Below are positions 12,267 through 25,494 of a stretch of DNA of 64,000 bases, piece by piece. The stretch is from contig NC_043004.1 in NCBI RefSeq assembly GCF_006345805.1, positions 60,016,001 through 60,080,000 on the forward strand, given 5' to 3'. Position 1 is the first letter of the stretch. The number at the start of each line of letters is the position of its first letter. This DNA is from Octopus sinensis (lineage: Eukaryota). Under the pieces are notes generated by a model. That model searched no databases, was not told the DNA's origin, and saw nothing but the letters and a program-made list of their open reading frames with translations. The position numbers were made by a program, and so were the translations under genes.

Positions 12267-12700
12267 ATAAGAAATTCACACAAAATGATGAACTATGCTT
12301 TCAAGGAACTTTGGCGATCATAAAAGGATTATGCAGTTATGTGTTATGCGCGTAAGCATGTATTTATGTTTATAAATGGCATATAAATGTGTGTGTTTGT
12401 TTGTGTGTGTATGTATATATACACATGCTATATATAACCATATATCATTGCAAAGGATTTGGTGTAGCCGGTTCTGAAATTGAAGCTATTTCCCGGAGTT
12501 GTTGCACATTGGGATCGAAAGTGAATCGGAATCGTGTCAGCCGGTAGTGAACTTATTAACCCTACATACATATACGTAAATACATACGTATATATATATA
12601 CATACATGCTTCCGCGCGTACACGCTAATTGCATAATCCTTTTATGATCAGCAAAGTTCCTTGAAAGCATAGTTCATAATTTTGTGTGAATTTCTTATTA
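12267..12700. mobile_element. Fold-back/MITE-like element with ~100-bp inverted arms, next to a (TA)n run
   Basis: 12267-12365 is the reverse complement of about 12598-12700 (AAGAAATTCACACAAAAT.ATGAACTATGCTTTCAAGGAACTTTG...). Confidence 0.8.
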
Positions 12701-13317
12701 TATTTCAATATCCGACAAACGCGAAACACAAATTCCAACATCAATTGCTAAGTCCTTTTACGACTTTGTGCATTTATTTGTTGTTTCTCATAGCTCTCTC
12801 CTTGTGTGTTTTTCTTTTGTCGCTGTTCTTTTCTTTATTTTTATTACACTGACAACATGTTATTCCATGTTATTCCATTATGGCTTTAATAAACAGAAAT
12901 CCTTAAAAAAAATACAACGAAGAATTTCAATACCAACTACTAAAAGAATTGTAATAATGGCACAGACTAAAAGAAAGAAGCAGGAGAATATGGCAAAGAG
13001 AAGCCAAAAACAAAGAAAAAAAACAGAAAGAAAAAGTTCACAAAATACAGAGAAAAAAATCACCAAATAACGACAAACACTTAAACATAATACAAAAAGC
13101 GTCAACATTTAAAACAAAAATATCAAAATGCAATTTTTCAACGGCCAGGTAGTTCATTTCTAATATTTCAATAATTTTAGGAGCACTTTCAATACAAATT
13201 TTGTTTCCATTTTAGCTGTTGCAAATTCTATTACGCGTTTTCTTTTTATTTATCTGTATTTGTATTTTTCATGTTATAGGTTTTTTTTTATAATTTTAAA
13301 TATCATCTGATTTCTAG

Positions 13318-13404
<87 letters not shown>

Positions 13405-13405
13405 G
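13318..13405. repeat. (ATT)n microsatellite
   Basis: Seen directly. Confidence 0.95.
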
Positions 13406-14094
13406 TTACTTTTATTATTATTATTTTATATTGCACACACTTAAGATAAACTTGACATCTCGTAGGAAGAGTTCAGGCACCTAATATTTTATAATTGAAT
13501 TTCAAACATCCTCGAAAACTGTTAAAATAAAATAATAAAAAGACGTTGTGTGCTCATGAGTGTGCACGTGCGTGAGTTTCACAGTCGCTGTGATTATGCG
13601 TGTGTATATGCGAGTGCGTGTGCCTTTGCTAGAGTGTGTTTGTGCATGAAATAGATTGAAGGAGAGGGACAGTGAGAGTTACGATATTAGGGAAGGGATG
13701 ATAGGAAAGAAAGAGGCATGAGAGGAGAAACGTGATTGTGTGTGTATATATATATTCCTTAATGTGCATGAAAACAACTGAAACTGAGAGAGATAGAGGA
13801 AGAGAGAAAGAGAGAAAGAGAAAGAGAGAGGGAGAGTGAGAGCGAGAGGCAGACATACAGAATGACGTGGCGAGGAGGAGGAAGAATAAGATTTAGAGGC
13901 ATAAAAGAAACAAGAGACAGTGATGGACACAGGAAGATTAATGCAAAAATTGTGTGCTAAAAGGAGAAAGTGTGATTTAAAAAGACAATCCGAAATTGTC
14001 ATAGGGATGCGAAAAATAAAAAAACACAGAAAATGGCTGAATTATAAAACACAAATAGCTCATTGGAAGGTATAGGGAGAAACAGCAAGACATA

Positions 14095-14313
14095 GAAATA
14101 TATATATATAAATATATATATAAATATATATATATAAATATATATATGTGTGTGTGGTTGTGTGTGCGTGTGTGTGAATGTGTGTGCGTATGTATGTATG
14201 TATGTATGTATACGCATACACACACACACAAACACACACATACACATTGACATATACATACCGACACATACATATTTGGATACAGACGTAAATATAGATG
14301 TTGATAGATAAAG

Positions 14314-14409
<96 letters not shown>

Positions 14410-14420
14410 TGATAGATAAG
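14095..14420. repeat. Compound (TA)/(TG)/(CA)/(GATA)n microsatellite
   Basis: Seen directly. Confidence 0.95.
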
Positions 14421-15499
14421 TTAGTAGAAACATGGTAAATTAAATTAAAATGGCGAAAGGGGACAGAGAAGATTCGAGAGTCAAGGCACGAGTGAGATGT
14501 CACGAAACAGAAAATGGAGATTTCTGAAGAATACAAATAAAAATATTATAACTGAAAGAGAAATGGAACTGTAGAGTTTGAGATAAATAACGGCGGAAAC
14601 GAAGATAATGTAATAAAAATTAAAAGAAAGAAAGATACAGAACCTAGAACGTTTGTATAAGAAGTGATATAGGCGTTAGATTTACGGGAGATGAAAATTT
14701 GTCTTGCATGGAGAGCTGGTGTGTCTATCTTATAAGTAGAGTGTTATAAAGATTATGAAACCGCATAGGACCCATAGGCCACGAAGAAAAAGACAACAGC
14801 AAAAAAATGAGAGATTAAGAGAAATGTGCAACAGATTTATGTTTAAAACGCTCAACTGAGAAGAAAAATATCATGAGAGTGAATCAACAGAGTAGTTGAA
14901 ATCTTGAATGACAGCTCGCCAAATTCCATTCCGTTTGCCTTTCATCCTTTGGACGCTTCTCTTTTATTAATAACTTTAAAAAATTGCCAGCCAACTTGTT
15001 AATGATATCTGATTTTCTCTTCTTGCGCTTCTCCTTATCCTCCCTCTATCTTCCTCTTTATATAGATAAATGCAAACACATACACACACGCGTACACACA
15101 CGCTCACATACCACACACACACACACACACACACAAAAACATAAAATCTATATATTTTTGATATGAATGTGCGTTTTTAGGAATGCACGACAAATAGCCA
15201 TTTATTTTGGAGGCAATTGGATCTATTTCTTCAATCAGGTTTCCCAAAAGCTTTCCTGTTCCTACATACATAATCATATGATTCAGGGTCGAGTATCAAG
15301 TTACTGTAGAGTATATATAATCATTTGATAACAAGAGTGATAAATTTAATTATTCCATTCCATGACATGAGCTTTAATTGTTCCTAGGACAAATTCTTAA
15401 GGTGGTTAACTACTAAATGCATGAAGATGTCACAATAACTATCTCAGTGTATCTGCATGTATATATTTCTGTGCATGTTTGTTCTCAAGTGTGTCTCTG

Positions 15500-16140
15500 T
15501 GTGTGCTTGTATATGATGGACTCTCTCGTCGGCTTCGACGTATGAGCCTCCGACAACGCACTCTTTCTTTGTCAGTCGTAATGCTTGTATCGAACTTGAC
15601 TTTTAAGTCCGACCAACGATTTGCAAACAAGGTCACAGATATTGCAAGTTAGAGGATTAAAGATCAGTGTAGATGGTATATTTGCAGCAGCATTTCTCCT
15701 TCCGCTTGCACCCCGAAACCTGCTAATGCTGGTTGCAACAATGCTTTTAATACCATTCTCACACAACGATCATCATTTTGTTCGTACCAAAGCTGTTCGC
15801 TCAAAGTTGTGAGTTATTTTCATCAGTAAGAGATCACTCTTCAGCCTGTCCATATATCTGAGCATTGGTCGACCAGCATTCATGTGGCGACTCTCAAGCT
15901 CGCTGCACATAATGACTTTCGGAATTCTGGCCAAACGTTAGGGTGATGTGGTCACAGAAATTGTCTCATAGCCATGATTGGATTCTCCTGTTAGTGTGGT
16001 GTAGTGCTGAGTACTGTTAGGGAGACGCGTGCGATGAATACTTGTCGCCATTCTGTATTTTTGATTTCGAGCATGAGCATGGACTGTTCTTGATTTTGTC
16101 GACTACACAGTATGTTAGGTTCAGTTCGACAACGTCTGTG
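15500..16140 (-). mobile_element. RTE-clade LINE 3' fragment (second copy at ~17145-17785)
   Basis: Reads RIPKVIMCSEL..GRPMLRYMDRLK..CNICDLVCKSLVGLKSQVR, the RTE C-terminus with a C2H2-like finger. Confidence 0.8.
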
Positions 16141-16149
16141 AGAAATACA

Positions 16150-16675
16150 CGACTTCGGGCTCAACGCTGAGGCCTACATCAAGTGCCTGGAAGAGTTAGC
16201 GCCGCCGTGGGTCAAGAGGGTGGACGCTGAAAGAACCACTGTCTGGCAACAGGACTCTACACCATGCGACACTAGCAGGATAAGCCAGTCATGGCTGTCA
16301 GACAATTTCTGAGACATCACCCCTAACATCTGGTCACGTAACTCACCAGGATACATCTCCCTTAAGTATTATATGTGGGGCGCAGTTAAGAGAGAGAGCA
16401 ACATAACTCCTGGCAACACTAAAGATGAACTGAAGGCAATGATTAATCGTAGCATTTACCATCTTAAACAAGAACACCATTCAGAAGAGACGCAGGGGAT
16501 TCCGAAGTCGCTCAGAGGCCGTGGTTGAAGCCAATGTCAATTTCATTAAATAAATTTACTCTTTAGAATTAGAAAACACGTTTTATGTAACATTGGTAAA
16601 TATATCTGTTAAAACGAGATATGAGTGCTATTTTCATTTTTGCGTAATTTAGACGATAATTTATTCAGCGCCCCC

Positions 16676-16678
<3 letters not shown>
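16150..16678 (+). mobile_element. maT/DD37D-like Tc1-mariner 3' fragment with right TIR (second copy at ~17797-18324)
   Basis: Reads YIKCLEEL..WQQDSTPCDTSRISQSWLSDNF..IW..NSP..YYMWGAV..NTKDELKA, ending in ...CAGCGCCCCCTGCATA. Confidence 0.8.
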
Positions 16679-16729
<51 letters not shown>

Positions 16730-16734
16730 ATATA

Positions 16735-16771
<37 letters not shown>

Positions 16772-18321
16772 ACACACACAAAAACATAAAATCTATATAT
16801 TTTTGATATGAATGTGCGTTTTTAGGAATGCACGACAAATAGCCATTTATTTTGGAGGCAATTGGATCTATTTCTTCAATCAGGTTTCCCAAAAGCTTTC
16901 CTGTTCCTACATACATAATCATATGATTCAGGGTCGAGTATCAAGTTACTGTAGAGTATATATAATCATTTGATAACAAGAGTGATAAATTTAATTATTC
17001 CATTCCATGACATGAGCTTTAATTGTTCCTAGGACAAATTCTTAAGGTGGTTAACTACTAAATGCATGAAGATGTCACAATAACTATCTCAGTGTATCTG
17101 CATGTATATATTTCTGTGCATGTTTGTTCTCAAGTGTGTCTCTGTGTGTGCTTGTATATGATGGACTCTCTCGTCGGCTTCGACGTATGAGCCTCCGACA
17201 ACGCACTCTTTCTTTGTCAGTCGTAATGCTTGTATCGAACTTGACTTTTAAGTCCGACAAACGATTTGCAAACAGGTCACAGATATTGCAAGTTAGAGGA
17301 TTAAAGATCAGTGTAGATGGTATATTTGCAGCAGCATTTCTCCTTCCGCTTGCACCCCGAAACCTGCTAATGCTGGTTGCAACAATGCTTTTAATACCAT
17401 TCTCACACAACGATCATCATTTTGTTCGTACCAAAGCTGTTCGCTCAAAGTTGTGAGTTATTTTCATCAGTAAGAGATCACTCTTCAGCCTGTCCATATA
17501 TCTGAGCATTGGTCGACCAGCATTCATGTGGCGACTCTCAAGCTCGCTGCACATAATGACTTTCGGAATTCTGGCCAAACGTTAGGGGTGATGTGGTCAC
17601 AGAAATTGTCTCATAGCCATGATTGGATTCTCCTGTTAGTGTGGTGTAGTGCTGAGTACTGTTAGGGAGACAGCGTGCGATGAATAACTTGTCGCCATTC
17701 TGTATTTTTGATTTCGAGCATGAGCATGGACTGTTCTTGATTTTGTCGACTACACAGTATGTTAGGTTCAGTTCGACAACGTCTGTGAGAAATACACGAC
17801 TTCGGGCTCAACGCTGAGGCCTACATCAAGTGCCTGGAAGAGTTAGCGCCGCCGTGGGTCAAGAGGGTGGACGCTGAAAGAACCACTGTCTGGCAACAGG
17901 ACTCTACACCATGCGACACTAGCAGGATAAGCCAGTCATGGCTGTCAGACAATTTCTGAGACATCACCCCTAACATCTGGTCACGTAACTCACCAGGATA
18001 CATCTCCCTTAAGTATTATATGTGGGGCGCAGTTAAGAGAGAGAGCAACATAACTCCTGGCAACACTAAGATGAACTGAAGGCAATGATTAATCGTAGCA
18101 TTTACCATCTTAAACAAGAACACCATTCAGAAGAGACGCAGGGGATTCCGAAGTCGCTCAGAGGCCGTGGTTGAAGCCAATGTCAATTTCATTAAATAAA
18201 TTTACTCTTTAGAATTAGAAAACACGTTTTATGTAACATTGGTAAATATATCTGTTAAAACGAGATATGAGTGCTATTTTCATTTTTGCGTAATTTAGAC
18301 GATAATTTATTCAGCGCCCCC

Positions 18322-18329
<8 letters not shown>

Positions 18330-18375
<46 letters not shown>

Positions 18376-18625
18376 ATATAATATATATATATATACACAC
18401 ACACACAACACATATATATATATATATATGCACACACACACTCACACATATACATACATACATACATACATACATAACATACATACACACATATATAATA
18501 TATATATATATATATAGATAGATACCTATATATATATACACACACACACATATATATATATATATACACACAACACACATATATATATATATATATATGC
18601 ACACACACACTCACACATATATATA

Positions 18626-18692
<67 letters not shown>
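18330..18692. repeat. Compound (TA)/(CA)/(CATA)n microsatellite
   Basis: Seen directly. Confidence 0.95.
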
Positions 18693-18967
18693 GGAGCACT
18701 CCGTCGGTTACGATGACGTGAGTCCCAGCTGATACGATCAACGGAACAGCCTGCTCGTGAAATTAACGTGCAAATGGCTGAGCAATCCACATACACGCTT
18801 ACCGCTAACGTAGTTCTGAGGGAAATTCAGCGTGAGACAGAGTGTGACAAGGCCGGCAACGTGAAATAAAGTGTCTTGCTGAAGAACACAACGCGTCGCC
18901 GAGAATCGAACTCACGACCATACAATCATGAGCCGAATACCCTAACCACTAAGCCACGCGCCTTCAC
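18693..18967 (-). mobile_element. tRNA-derived SINE, family D head with tail Y
   Basis: Head GTGAAGGCGCGTGGCTTAGTGGTTAGGGTATTCGGCTCATGA...GAGTTCGATTC; related copy at 26009. Confidence 0.85.
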
Positions 18968-18982
18968 TAAATGTAAAATTGA

Positions 18983-19237
18983 TTTGTTTTATTTTCATTA
19001 CTTTGTTGTCTTTTTTTTTCCTGTGACGTGACGTAATCATTGATACTGTTACTACGGACATTATTTCGATTTATATTGTTGATGGCTGTATTCCTAATAC
19101 ACACTCTGAGGCATATGTAACCAAATACGCAATAAGATAAGAAACGCCATATATATATATATATATACACACACACATATGTATATATACAGGGTGTGAT
19201 AAATATGTGTGTGTGCGTTGCTGGTGGTGATTGTGTG

Positions 19238-19280
<43 letters not shown>

Positions 19281-19872
19281 TCTTTTACTCTTTTACTTGT
19301 TTCAGTCATTTGACTGCGGCCATGCTGGAGCACCGCCTTTAGTCGAGCAAATCGACCCCGGGACTTATTCTTTGTAAGCCCAGTACTTATTCTATCTGTC
19401 TCTTTTGCCGAACCGCTAAGTGACGGGGATGTAAACACACCAGCATTGGTTGTCAAGCAATGCTAGGGGGACAAACACAGACACACAAACATACACACAT
19501 ACACATATATATATATATACATATATACGACAGACTTCTCTCAGTTTCCGTCTACCAAATCCACTCACAAGGCATTGGTCGGCCCGGGGCTATAGTAGAA
19601 GACACTTGCCCAAGGTGCAACGCAGTGGGACTGAACCCGGAACCATGTGGTTGGTTAGCAGGCTACTTACCACACAGCCACTCCTGCGCCTATATATAGG
19701 GTTTCTTATCTTTTGCAATCGCATTGCGTATTTGATTACATATGCGTCAGCGTGTGTATGAGGAATACAGCCATCAACAATATAAGTCGAAATAATGTCC
19801 GCAGTAACAGAATCAATGATTACGTCACGTCACAGGAAAAAAAAGACAAGCAAGTAATGAAAATAAAACAAA
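18983..19872. mobile_element. Fold-back element with ~165-bp inverted arms and a nested SINE B
   Basis: 18983-19150 is the reverse complement of 19695-19872 (CCTGTGACGTGACGTAATCATTGA / TCAATGATTACGTCACGTCACAGG). Confidence 0.85.
19278..19691 (-). mobile_element. Full-length SINE family B
   Basis: Highly similar by eye to 2614-3021, in reverse. Confidence 0.93.
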
Positions 19873-20470
19873 TAAATGTAGCCTTTTGCTGATGAATGTT
19901 TTGTTTTGACCGATCGATTCTAGTTTAAGAGACTGACTATACGTTATTAACCTTTTAAAAATAAAACGAATATTTACCGTTATTGTACAAATACCGTCGC
20001 GGTCATCTAAGTATTAACTTTGAAGTTTGTAAAAATACAGAAATCAAGATATGACGCAAAAAGCAAAAATAAAAGAATATAAAGTAAAAAAATAAAATGG
20101 AGAACATTCGGGTCATAAGCTTTTTTCTGAAATACGTAGTAACATTAAAATAGCTCATTTAATTCATTTACATAATAGCTCCATAAAGAGTAATATTTAT
20201 TGTTTTATAATACTTCTGTTTTTTGTTTTGAAATTTCAGGTCAAAGTTATTCAAATTCGATATATTTTCTTTTTTAAATTGATGTAGAATATATAATAGA
20301 CGTCAAATTTTTGTTATTGCTTTTAAAATTTTGCCTCGCTTTCATCTTCAATAACTGATTTATAATTTAATAACATTTTCTTTTGACAGTCTATTTTACT
20401 CTTATAAGCAAACAGAAATACAAGTCAAACTTATAAGCATATAACAGCGTAGAGACAACATTATCGCAGG

Positions 20471-20521
<51 letters not shown>

Positions 20522-20826
20522 ATGTATTCATATACGTATATATATGTGTTTATATATAAGCGTACATATGCGTGTATTATACATATATGTGCGTATAATA
20601 CATATATACTATTGTGTGTATATATATACGTATACACACTATTTGAGTGTATATATGCGTAAAAACCTCATGAGACAAGCATCAAATATATTTCCAAATT
20701 GTGCTTGTCAGCCATTTTAATTTCTATGACTCCAAACATCGCTTGATACTTTCGCAATTTTCTTCCAAATTCTTTCCTTTCACATATACTTGCATGTAGA
20801 ATCGTATAAGTTTACACAGAACTATG

Positions 20827-20859
<33 letters not shown>

Positions 20860-20900
20860 TTATACGCGTGTGTGTGAATGTATTTATACATACATAAAGA

Positions 20901-20945
<45 letters not shown>

Positions 20946-21877
20946 TCATATACATACGTACATGCACACATACATACTTAAGTATACACCACATATACAC
21001 TCACATAGCAATAAATATCCATTGATATATGTATACATTCGTTTATTTCATACATAAACACATTCACAATACATAATGTAAGAAATATGTACACGTTTTG
21101 GTTGTATAAAAAATTCATACAATTCAAAACCGAACCGGAGGTGATTCTGATGATGCATTAAAAGCAGCTGAAATACATTAGATTACATATATCTAATACT
21201 TTTATGAATGAAAATTTAACAAGAACTTCGATTTTACCATACGTACCGTATGACATGGGCCACCCTGTTTTTACTGCTTCGAAGAAAGTAGTATTTCTTT
21301 CTCTTATATATTATTTTTATTAATGATTATTATAACAAAATTTGTGCATCCATTAACGTAACATTAAATCTATTTGTATATGCGATTTGCAGTGCCTCCT
21401 TCCAGGCAGATTTGCTAATATTTTCCACAATATATTACGGCGACTTTCTGTAAATAGAGAACTGAATTTACCAATGTGTATTTTCTGAATGGAAGATGGT
21501 ATTATTTGATTTGAGGGTAATGTCTCTGTCATTTACAAGTGATCGAACCATGGTCCTTTCCGAAAATAAGTTTATCAGAGGCATAAAGTGAGTGCCATAT
21601 ATAGATCTGGTAGTATTTTTGTGAGATTTGTAGACACACTAATGTCAGCTGAAATTTACTATTTTTCAGGAACAGGTCAACCAGTGATCCTTGTGTAACA
21701 TCCGACGACATAGCTTCCTCCTGGTCAAGGATAGAGTACGTAAAGTAGGAAGAAATACAAATGTCTTGTTTTAGATGACATGAAGTACTTCTTAAATATC
21801 CTTTGTACCCTGTTCAGCATAAAGCTGGAAGAGAATCCTTCTGTGTAGTGAGCATCCACGGAAGTTATAATTACACA

Positions 21878-22120
21878 GTGGAGGCGCGAGGCTTAGTAGT
21901 TACGGCGTTCGACTCATGATCGGAAGACTGTGGTTTCCATTCTTCAACAGGGCGACGCGTCTCGTTCTTGAACAAAACATCTCATTTCATGTTGCTCTAG
22001 TCCATTAAGCTGGCAAACATGAGTAATAATGCGACGGACCGGCGTCCCGTCCAGGTGGGGTATATACACTCAATGAAACCGAGATACCGGTCCTTATACG
22101 TCGGTATGATTCGAGAAGGT
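21878..22120 (+). mobile_element. SINE with family D head and Meta-domain-like tail
   Basis: Head resembles 18693-18967; the tail GACGGACCGGCGTCCCGTCCAG...GAAACCGAGATACCGG is shared with 51340. Confidence 0.7.
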
Positions 22121-23179
22121 AACTATTTATAGTTACATGATATTTCACCAGGAGTAGACTCATCCTGCTGAGAGTACCCAGTCTATGTGGCTAAGTGCTG
22201 GTTTTCTTCTGTATTCTTTCCTGAATCATAAATTGTTTTTCAGTAGTATGGAATGAATTATGTATTGCAGCATTCATTGAGAAAAATGAGAAAAAGTAAC
22301 ATAAAAATTTTCATAAATATATAAGCATAATGTTTCTATTGACTAAACTGAAAACTTTTATTTTGGTGTAAAGAGAATACAAGTTTCAGAATTTTGAATT
22401 ATTTACTAAAACAAAATTAAAATAAATAAATAATAAAGGAAAAAACTTTCGAAATGAAAAATCAAATGATTGGCAGCGAACAATATTTTATGCAAAACGT
22501 TTGGAATAGTTATTATTCTACAATATATTATTGCTGGAACTAGGAATGAAAATGTTGCAGCATAATAGAGGCTGCAGTAAAATGTGATTATGATATACAT
22601 TATAGGAATTAATTACATATAGATATCATATTCATATATACATATAATTACGCACAGAACGCAAATGAAATATGATGTAAGGTTAAAGAAATGAAATATG
22701 CTATAATGTTAATGAAATATGCTGTAAAGATAAAGACATCAAAAGAAATATTAAATTATGTAAACTACTCAAAATATCAAGTATTTATTTAAAGTCAAAC
22801 ATATATCATGATCGAACTCTAATAATTAAACCGTAACGGTTTACAAAATAGCAAAATTAAATTTATAGAAAATATGATTAGATGTTTAATTTCTATCGGT
22901 AAACTGAAATTGTTAATAGATTTTCTGTGTTGAATAAGTGCAAATTTTCTTACATTTACAAGCACATATAAATAGAAAAAAGTGAATATTTTTATAAGCA
23001 GTAAGTAAATTTATACTCCTGAAACACATACGTTTATGTACATATTAATTATTATTTTCCAAAGTGAGTGATGACGCTGAATTAGAAGTTTCGACGTGGT
23101 ATCCGCCATCAAAACTAGTAGCGAGAAACTGGAAAGTCAATCTCACCATACTTTATAAAAAATGGTAAATACGCACTCA

Positions 23180-24290
23180 CTCTGAAATATGTAAGGTGTA
23201 ATCTTTCAGTTTAGTGGGAAGCTGTAATTATTGTAACTCGACCGAAAAAAACAACTCTATATACACTGGCAGTTTGTTTAGCACGTTGGAGATCGGATCA
23301 GTCAGATTGGGACAAAATCAAGAGAATAGGGAGAGTGATGTACCAATGCAAAGCTACAGTCACGCAAAGCAGCCATTGAAACTTGTCTTGCGTCTCATGA
23401 AACAAGACACCTTTTGTTCAGTTTACCTGGCAGTTTGGTCTTGATAGCTTTTCCTAAGAGCCTCAACATGTTGGCGTAGTACTCTCCACTGACGGTGCGG
23501 CCCTTTTGGCGATAGTCAATAAACACAATGGCTTTTGCATCTCAAAACACTGCTGCCATCACATTCCAGTCAGACGAAACTGCCTTGGCCTTCTTTGGAG
23601 CAGTCGAGGAGGAGTGTTTCCACTGCATGGATGGTCTCCTTGTCTCTGGCTCAAAGTAATAAATCCATCACATATTCTGGCTTTGTAAACAATCAAGGAA
23701 AGCAACTGTATCTGCTCCAAACAATCCCAATTTTCCTGTGATGTAATATGAGGTGTCAGAAGACGCGGCACCTACCGAACAGAATCCTTTGTCATGCTAA
23801 GTTTATTGTTCAGAATATTCTCGATTCTCTCAGCAGATATGTTAATTGCATGGGCTATTTAGTTTATACTCAGTCGCCTATCATATATTGCCATGAGATT
23901 AACACTCTCAACGTTTTCTTCGGTGATGGCAGTTGCAGGACTTCCAGCCGTTTGGTCATCTTCAAGAATCTCCCTTCCTCTCGTCAATTCAGATCTCCAA
24001 TTTTGCACAGTTGATAAAGCTGGAACATCATTTCCTAATATAGCAACCATGTCAGCATGATGGCTAAATCGTTTTTCTGCTGTTATTTGATAACCCGGTG
24101 ATGCTAATTCTTTTTATTTTCAAGAGAAATCGCTATAATTTATTTTAAAAGCCATTCGTTACTTTGTCGCTTCCCATCCATTTAAACATATAAAAAGCAT
24201 TGATTCATTTATACATCCACATTTTATATAGCATGCGAGTTTATCCAGACGTATTTTTGTAATGCCTAGATTAATACTATCCGCAACATT
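23180..24290 (-). mobile_element. Decayed mariner (DD34D, Mos1/Hsmar-like) transposase
   Basis: Reads DMVAILGNDVPALSTVQNW..GREILEDD..G.PATA..EEN (HTH), then a WVPRLLT-like motif, PETRRPSMQWKH..PKKAKA and IVFIDYRQKG.TV.GEYY, with many lesions. Confidence 0.88.
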
Positions 24291-24428
24291 TATATATTTG
24301 TGAAACTCTATCTATGATTACATTTATAATTCATTGTAAAATTACATTGTGTTCGTATACGTATAACATTAAAGATGTAGTAAAATGCACGTATAGCTGA
24401 CTATATAAGTTACACCAAAAAATATCAC

Positions 24429-24477
24429 GATGATATTGGTTTAGTAAACTAATAGAGTTTACTAAACTAATATCATC
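24429..24477. other. 22-bp near-perfect hairpin with a 5-nt loop
   Basis: GATGATATTGGTTTAGTAAACT-AATAG-AGTTTACTAAACTAATATCATC, with one G-U pair. Confidence 0.85.
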
Positions 24478-24954
24478 AAAGATACTAGTGTATTTTAAGT
24501 ACGTAAATCATTCACCAAATGTGTATTACTAATTAAAACACTGAAGTATAGGAATGCAAATTATGATATATAGTTAAATATTTATTGCTAATATAATTTG
24601 TTAATTAATATGCATTGATAATTAACAATGTAATGCTCAATTTGTGAATTATGCTGGAAAGTTTGTCGGCTTAGAATTACATCAACAAAATATAATCAAA
24701 TCGTTCATTGTGGAAAATCAACAAAATGAATTTTGTTTATTCCTCTGTACCTAGGTTGCAGCATAGTCGTTCTCTAAAATGTTTTGAAGGGTTTTAAAAA
24801 TGTTCTACGTAATATAAATTGACATTTTCATTTAATTTTCAAAAATAGGTCGTCATATGCGTGACAATCTCTAATGTTAAAACACTGACTGTGAAAGTAA
24901 AGTGATATTTTAAACGTATACACAATTAATTCGATTGTCTGCTATTTTCGAAGT

Positions 24955-24995
24955 TATATATATGTGTGTTGTGTGCGTGTGCGTGTACATATATA

Positions 24996-25053
<58 letters not shown>

Positions 25054-25077
25054 GTGTGTGTGTGTATATATATATAT

Positions 25078-25129
<52 letters not shown>

Positions 25130-25255
25130 TATGTGTGTGTGTGTGTATATACACATACACCACACACACACATACATATATATATGTATATATATATTTA
25201 TATATATATATATACATATATATAAATCTATTCTATACATATATGTGTGTATTTT
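24955..25255. repeat. Compound (TA)/(TG)/(CA)n microsatellite
   Basis: Seen directly. Confidence 0.95.
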
Positions 25256-25494
25256 CATCGCATAACTGTTTGTAATTATATAGGATGCTCCCTAGGATTG
25301 ATTCAATTATAATCAGGGTATGCTCTTCGAATGATTACATTTAACTAGGTTAGTGATAGTTATGCAAAAAGTAACAATTGTCGAGATATGCCGTGATTCT
25401 CTGACAATATTTTGCTTAAATAGGCAGTAATATGCATGCAGATTTTAATACTTTTCTTTAGAAATAATATAAAATATTTACATTAATTAGAAAT

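Larger units (their letters stand above)
15135..18325 (+). repeat. Tandem duplication, two near-identical copies with a ~1645-bp period
   Basis: AAAAACATAAAATC occurs at 15135 and 16780; CAGCGCCCCCTG at 16666 and 18312. By eye I see one substitution and five single-base indels. Confidence 0.97.

Noticed and set aside
12768-13130. Hydrophobic-then-basic 100-aa ORF and apparent T-rich/A-rich palindrome
   Set aside because: Low-complexity strand skew; the arms do not align base by base.
21140-21190. CTGATGATGC..GCAGCTGAAA
   Set aside because: Helix II is not adjacent to GAAA and stem I does not pair.
21670-21735. Splice-site-bounded 66-nt segment (also ~1350, ~2323, ~10212, ~46238 and ~53752 on the plus strand)
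   Set aside because: Such AG/GT pairs are frequent in AT-rich DNA. Most have stops in all or most frames, they do not chain consistently, and both strands give equally plausible readings.
23085-23116. TTGATGG..GTCGAAAC hammerhead-like string (minus strand)
   Set aside because: Two core mismatches and no stem I; too degenerate.
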